From Sedimentisphaerales bacterium (lineage in GTDB: Bacteria; Planctomycetota; Phycisphaerae; Sedimentisphaerales; Anaerobacaceae): a DNA stretch of 64,000 nt. A program made the translations under genes and the position numbers. Below the pieces are notes generated by a model. That model ran no database searches and was not told the DNA's origin. It was given only the letters and a program-made list of their open reading frames with translations. This document shows, piece by piece, positions 59,840 to 64,000 of this stretch. The DNA lies in contig OY970194.1 in assembly GCA_963708075.1 (NCBI GenBank), forward strand, positions 2,624,001 through 2,688,000, written 5' to 3'. The stretch's first letter is position 1. Each line of letters opens with the position of its first letter.

Positions 59840-60272
59840 ATGAAAATCAGCGAGATCATGACAGTCAGGTTTGAAACGATTGATTCTACAAGTACATTGA
59901 CGGATGCGGCCAGGCAAATGAAGGAGTTTAACGTGGGGTTTCTGCCCGTGAAGGAAGGGGCCGGCCTCATCGGAGTCGTCACAGATCGGGATATCGTCAT
60001 CCGGGCGCTGGCTGAGAAACGAGAACCCGGGTTCCACGCAGGTGAAAGACATCATCAGTTCCGATATTGTTTACTGCTTCGAGGACGACAGTATCGAGGA
60101 TGCCGTGAGGCTGATGGAGGCAAATCAGGTCAGACGTCTGATCGTTTGCCGGTCCGACCGAACACCAGTCGGCATCGTCTCTCTCGGGGATATCGCGGTC
60201 AAGGCGGGAGAGGAGTGCCTTTCCGGCGAGGCCCTGGAACAGATCAGCGAGCCGGCAGCACCTTCCAGGTAG
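59840..60272 (+). CDS. CBS-pair protein, +1 frameshift at 60021-60027
   Basis: MKISEIMT..NVGFLPV..GVVTDRDIVIRALA; corrected KRDPGSTQVKDI..QVRRL..GIVSLGDIA. Confidence 0.88.
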
Positions 60273-60337
60273 GACGATCCCCAGATATACGCCGGCAGCA
60301 GCCCTGCTTTGTGGCCGCACGTGGGTTTCTGAATCAC

Positions 60338-61654
60338 ATGAAGATCATAGAGTATTACAGGGCGCCGAATGTTCGATCGCGAATGATCGAGTTTCTCGGC
60401 GGGCATAGTCTGGATGAGGCCACGTGCTATTACATCGGTCGGTGCTGGGACACGATAAGACCGGGGTTCAACATGAGAAAGCCAGGCGACTTGGACGTGT
60501 TCCTGGAAAACGAGTGGGATGTGGCACGCTCGCTGTGGGATAGAGACTGGCTCATGGTGGACCTCGATGTCGAGTACACGAACTTCGAGTTTCCGGCTGA
60601 ACCGTTCCTCGACTACCAGCGCACCTTCGCTTTGCAGCAGCCGGTCCTCCACGCAATCCAGCGGGTGCTGAGCAGTGTGGGGATACAGCCCCTGCACAGC
60701 GTCAGCGGGCGAGGCCATCACTTCGTATGGAAAGTGCATCGCACGAGCGAGGCATTCCAACAGTTGGCCGGGATTGGCAGGCTCTCCCCCGCCCTGGAGC
60801 GACGGTATACTGCTCGGCATCCGCCGGCCGATGAGTCCGTCGGTCTTCAGCTTGGCAAGGCATTCTCGGGATTGGGTCTGGTGATGGAATATGTTGCCTA
60901 CCACGTCCTGTCCGAGTCACAGCCGGCCTGTGCGATCCCTGTGTTTCCTGAAGCTGTGGACTTCGGACCCCAGGAGAGAGGCAGGGAGATGATCTCCCTG
61001 GACATCAGTGAATATGCCGACCCTTTGCACACCCGAGGCGTGCGCATTCCGTTCAGTGTCTACATCAAGCCGTGGCAGCACCCGGAGATGCTCACGCCGG
61101 AGATTCAGGGGAAGGTGCCACTCATGGTGATGGTGCCCAGCAATGGGTTGGACACGCATGAGGTTGCCGCGATTATGCGGGACTTGGGCAAGGCCGCGGA
61201 ATGGGCGTCGCACACAAGCTGCCTTATCCCCGATTGCTCGCACGGAATGGAGGCATTGGCATCACTGTACCTGCGTTCCGATGCCCGCCGGTTTCACGAC
61301 TGGTTCTATTCCGTGGAGCCGGAGCCGCCCGAGGAATGGCCGCTCACCTACGACCGGGCGTCGATGATGGACGTCCCGCCTTATATCAAGTACATCCTGG
61401 AGAATCCCAATGACTCGCTGCTCAAGCCGGGCCCTGTCCGACAGCTTGTGGCCTTTCTCCTGGAACAGGGCTGGCATCCCCGGCATATCGCCGGCTTGAT
61501 TCGATCGAAATACGAGCGAGATCATGGCTGGTTTAACCAGTGGTATATCTATGACGCAGGGATGCGGGCGGACTTCCACGCCCGCGTGCTCGCAGGCATG
61601 ATCAAGATGGGGTATGACCATCAGGCGGACATTCCAGCCGCCGTGCGCGTGTAA
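60338..61654 (+). CDS. Hypothetical protein with archaeo-eukaryotic primase (AEP)-like motifs
   Basis: 438 aa; LMVDLDVE, SVSGRGHHFVW, ISLDIS..D..RGVRIPFS in canonical order. Confidence 0.6.
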   Translation: MKIIEYYRAPNVRSRMIEFLGGHSLDEATCYYIGRCWDTIRPGFNMRKPGDLDVFLENEWDVARSLWDRDWLMVDLDVEYTNFEFPAEPFLDYQRTFALQQPVLHAIQRVLSSVGIQPLHSVSGRGHHFVWKVHRTSEAFQQLAGIGRLSPALERRYTARHPPADESVGLQLGKAFSGLGLVMEYVAYHVLSESQPACAIPVFPEAVDFGPQERGREMISLDISEYADPLHTRGVRIPFSVYIKPWQHPEMLTPEIQGKVPLMVMVPSNGLDTHEVAAIMRDLGKAAEWASHTSCLIPDCSHGMEALASLYLRSDARRFHDWFYSVEPEPPEEWPLTYDRASMMDVPPYIKYILENPNDSLLKPGPVRQLVAFLLEQGWHPRHIAGLIRSKYERDHGWFNQWYIYDAGMRADFHARVLAGMIKMGYDHQADIPAAVRV

Positions 61655-61715
61655 ACGAGCCTGCTGTCATCCGCGTGCGTGCCCACTTGGCCGCTGACGC
61701 GAGGAGAAACAAACG

Positions 61716-62603
61716 ATGAGCGATTGGCCTGTAGGAATCTCAACCGGATGCTTTTACTACATGAATTTCTTCGATTGTATCCAGCCCATCCTTCGTGGCG
61801 GATTCTCCATGATTGAGATCGCCTCCTCCAGAGGCCACCTCGACTATCACGATAAGCACTCTATGAGAAGAGCGGCGCATGTCCTGGAAAAGGAGGGCAT
61901 TGAAGCCTATTCCTTCCATGCCCCGTTCCGCGAGGACATCGACGTCACCTCGCTCGACGAGGGCGCGCGTGCCCATGCGCTCAAGGAGATCTTCGCGGCG
62001 GCTGAGGCGGCGGCTATTCTCGGCGCCAGGCATTTCGTCTTTCATCCCGGCCCGGAGAAGAGCTATACGCCGGCGCCGGAAGAACGCCTCCTTCGCATGG
62101 ACAACGCCGCGAGGATCATCAACGACGTCTGCGACCGCTGTCGCGAACTTGGTGTGGGCATCGCCCTGGAGAACATGCTGCCACATCTGTTCTTTGGCAA
62201 TATGCGCGACATGTTGTGGATCATCGGCGCCATCGACAGCCCCATCGTCGGCACCTGTCTCGATACGGGACATGCCTTTCTTGCCGGTGACATCTCCAGA
62301 ATCATGTACAAGCTGTCCGGTCATCTGCAATTCCTGCACGCCAACGACAACATGGGCCGGAGCGACGATCATCTGCCTCCGGGCAAAGGCAAGATCGATT
62401 GGAAACCACTGCTGCACGAGTTGAACGAAATTGACTTCGAGGGCGCTTTCATCCTCGAGTTGATGGGCAATGCCCAGAAGAACCCGGAGGAAGTCATGGC
62501 CGAAGCGAGGCAGTCCCGCCGTTACCTCAGAGATCTCTCACGGCGGCTGACCCAGGCCGCCCCGCCGACTGTCCGCGGCGCGGCGAGGAATGTTGCCGAG
62601 TGA
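61716..62603 (+). CDS. Xylose-isomerase-like / AP endonuclease 2 TIM-barrel metalloenzyme
   Basis: FHAPF, FHPG, ALEN, LDTGH, HAND, DDHLPPGKG, ILE; SD AGGAG. Confidence 0.85.
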   Translation: MSDWPVGISTGCFYYMNFFDCIQPILRGGFSMIEIASSRGHLDYHDKHSMRRAAHVLEKEGIEAYSFHAPFREDIDVTSLDEGARAHALKEIFAAAEAAAILGARHFVFHPGPEKSYTPAPEERLLRMDNAARIINDVCDRCRELGVGIALENMLPHLFFGNMRDMLWIIGAIDSPIVGTCLDTGHAFLAGDISRIMYKLSGHLQFLHANDNMGRSDDHLPPGKGKIDWKPLLHELNEIDFEGAFILELMGNAQKNPEEVMAEARQSRRYLRDLSRRLTQAAPPTVRGAARNVAE

Positions 62604-62891
62604 TCGCTTTGCGTCTCCATTGGCTCATCCCCACTCAGCTCGTTTTGGCGCGGGTCCTCCCTCTGATTGTGAGCAAACGGCGAACGGCAAAATAGGGAGG
62701 TTGCCAATTCCGCGCACCAGCCAAAACACTATCATTCGACATGCGTGCCATCGGAACGTGACTGAACAGGAACCTTGATATGGCTGCAGCCACCTGTGTG
62801 GACGAGAGGATGAACGCAGACAGGATCGACCGGCGATCTGTTCGCGGCACAGTCGAACGCCGGCGCTGCGGTCCGAGAAGGAGCGATCTCG

Positions 62892-63572
62892 ATGTTTCCG
62901 GCGGAGAAACGATTTGCAGACCGTCGTGAGGCGGCGTTGCTGCTCAGTGAACATCTCGCAGAGTACGGGGCGCGCCACCCTGTCATTCTCGGCATTCCTC
63001 GCGGCGGCATGGTCATCGCCGACACAATCGCAGATGAGTTGCAGACGGATTTGGATGTCGTCTTGACGCGCAAGCTCGGCGCTCCCGGAAACCCGGAATT
63101 GGCTATTGGAGCGGTTTCTGAGCATGGTGAAGTCCTGATCGACCCGAGGATCGCCAGGGCCGTGGGCGCCGACGACGATTACATCGAGCGGGAGAAAGCG
63201 AGGCAGCTTGCGGAGATCGAGAAGCGCCGGGAGCGATACCGAAGCGTGCTGCCAAAGGTCCCTCTGCAGGGGCGAACAGCCATCATTGTCGATGATGGCA
63301 TCGCCACCGGCGCTACCATGCGGGCATCCGCCCGGGCCGCACGTGCGGAAGGCGCGGCTGAGGTGGCCGTCGCCGCGCCGGTGGGAGCTCCGGACTCCGT
63401 AGAGATGCTTCGCGAGGAGGCCGACCAGGTCGTCTGCCTGCTGGTGCCCGAGTACCTGTACGCCATCGGACAGTTCTACCTTGACTTCCAACAGGTGAAT
63501 GACGAAGAGGTGATCAGCATCCTCAAAGCACATAGTGAGAAACAAACCAGGACTATGGAGTCTCAGGTGTGA
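62892..63572 (+). CDS. Phosphoribosyltransferase-domain protein
   Basis: FADRREA, LGIPRGG, RKLGAPGNPELAIGAV, IIVDDGIATGATM, AIGQFY.DF.QV.DEEV. Confidence 0.92.
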   Translation: MFPAEKRFADRREAALLLSEHLAEYGARHPVILGIPRGGMVIADTIADELQTDLDVVLTRKLGAPGNPELAIGAVSEHGEVLIDPRIARAVGADDDYIEREKARQLAEIEKRRERYRSVLPKVPLQGRTAIIVDDGIATGATMRASARAARAEGAAEVAVAAPVGAPDSVEMLREEADQVVCLLVPEYLYAIGQFYLDFQQVNDEEVISILKAHSEKQTRTMESQV

Positions 63573-63624
63573 GGCGTCCAGTGAGCGGACTGCTCCTTTC
63601 GGACCGACAACCAGGATCGACGAC

Positions 63625-64000
63625 ATGAGCATGCGACTGTCACCGAATCACGAAGTAATGATAGAAAGCCCGGAAGTAGCGCTTCGAGCGGTACTGGCCA
63701 TTCCGAAGAACGCCCGCTCGATTGTGCTGTTCGCACACGGCGCCGGCAGCGGTCGCCACAGTCTCCGCAACCAGTATATCGCCCAGAAGCTCCAGGACGC
63801 GGGATTCGCGACTCTGCTCATGGATTTGCTCACGGAGGACGAGGAGAGGATCGATGCCTACACAGCGCGTCTTCGCTTCGATATTCCCCTGCTGGCCGGA
63901 CGCCTCGAATCCACGACCGGATGGCTGCTATCCCAGGAGCAAATGAAGGACCTCGATATCGGGTACTTTGGCGTCGATACCGGGGCGGCGGCGGCGCTCG
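63625..64000 (+). CDS. Dienelactone-hydrolase-like alpha/beta hydrolase (runs off the window end)
   Basis: IVLFAHGAGSGRHSLRNQYIA..LQDAGFATLLMDLLTEDEE..RFDIPLLAGRL..GYFGVDTGAAAAL; start 63625 or 63631. Confidence 0.85.
   Translation, partial: MSMRLSPNHEVMIESPEVALRAVLAIPKNARSIVLFAHGAGSGRHSLRNQYIAQKLQDAGFATLLMDLLTEDEERIDAYTARLRFDIPLLAGRLESTTGWLLSQEQMKDLDIGYFGVDTGAAAAL

Noticed and set aside
59831..61654. 607-aa CBS-primase fusion in the ORF track
   Set aside because: Produced by the +1 frameshift at 60021-60027; correction yields a complete CBS pair ending at 60272 and a separate gene from 60338

Overview
GC-rich bacterial chromosome window. The gene content points to Planctomycetota, probably Phycisphaerae (inference from smc next to a FlgI-like/HEAT lipoprotein, DUF1080, a Tat-exported Gfo/Idh/MocA enzyme and an ECF/anti-sigma pair). 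I see no rRNA, tRNA, CRISPR array, transposase or phage gene. The left part (1-26.2 kb) holds smc, envelope and sugar genes, and an ECF sigma / anti-sigma / S41 protease triplet in which the anti-sigma and the protease share a duplicated ~175-aa domain. The right part (26.2-64 kb) is a dense general-stress/dormancy island: baeRF, HPF-CSD, two PRC-barrel proteins, OsmC, Hsp20-Lon, PfpI, DegP, GlgP, UDG, a PolX-N protein, dodecin, SOD, CBS, PRT and DLH. It encodes its own signalling set: an internally shortened CheB-CheR, a 9-PAS soluble kinase and two ~77% identical NarL-type regulators. A recurring palindrome TNAGGA-N3-TCCTNA lies upstream of many of its operons. Best novelty candidates are an unannotated protein with archaeo-eukaryotic primase motifs paired with an EndoIV-like TIM barrel, the self-contained stress regulon, and the shared-domain ECF module. 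Eight frameshifts hit seven genes; four are best explained as the same GAGACC->GAGAACC change, suggesting a methylation-linked sequencing artefact. Elements missed by the ORF track include an Ogr/Delta-like zinc-finger gene, yjbQ and DUF2267 gene remnants, and several short-unit inverted repeat arrays. All calls come from motif recognition by eye, not database searches.
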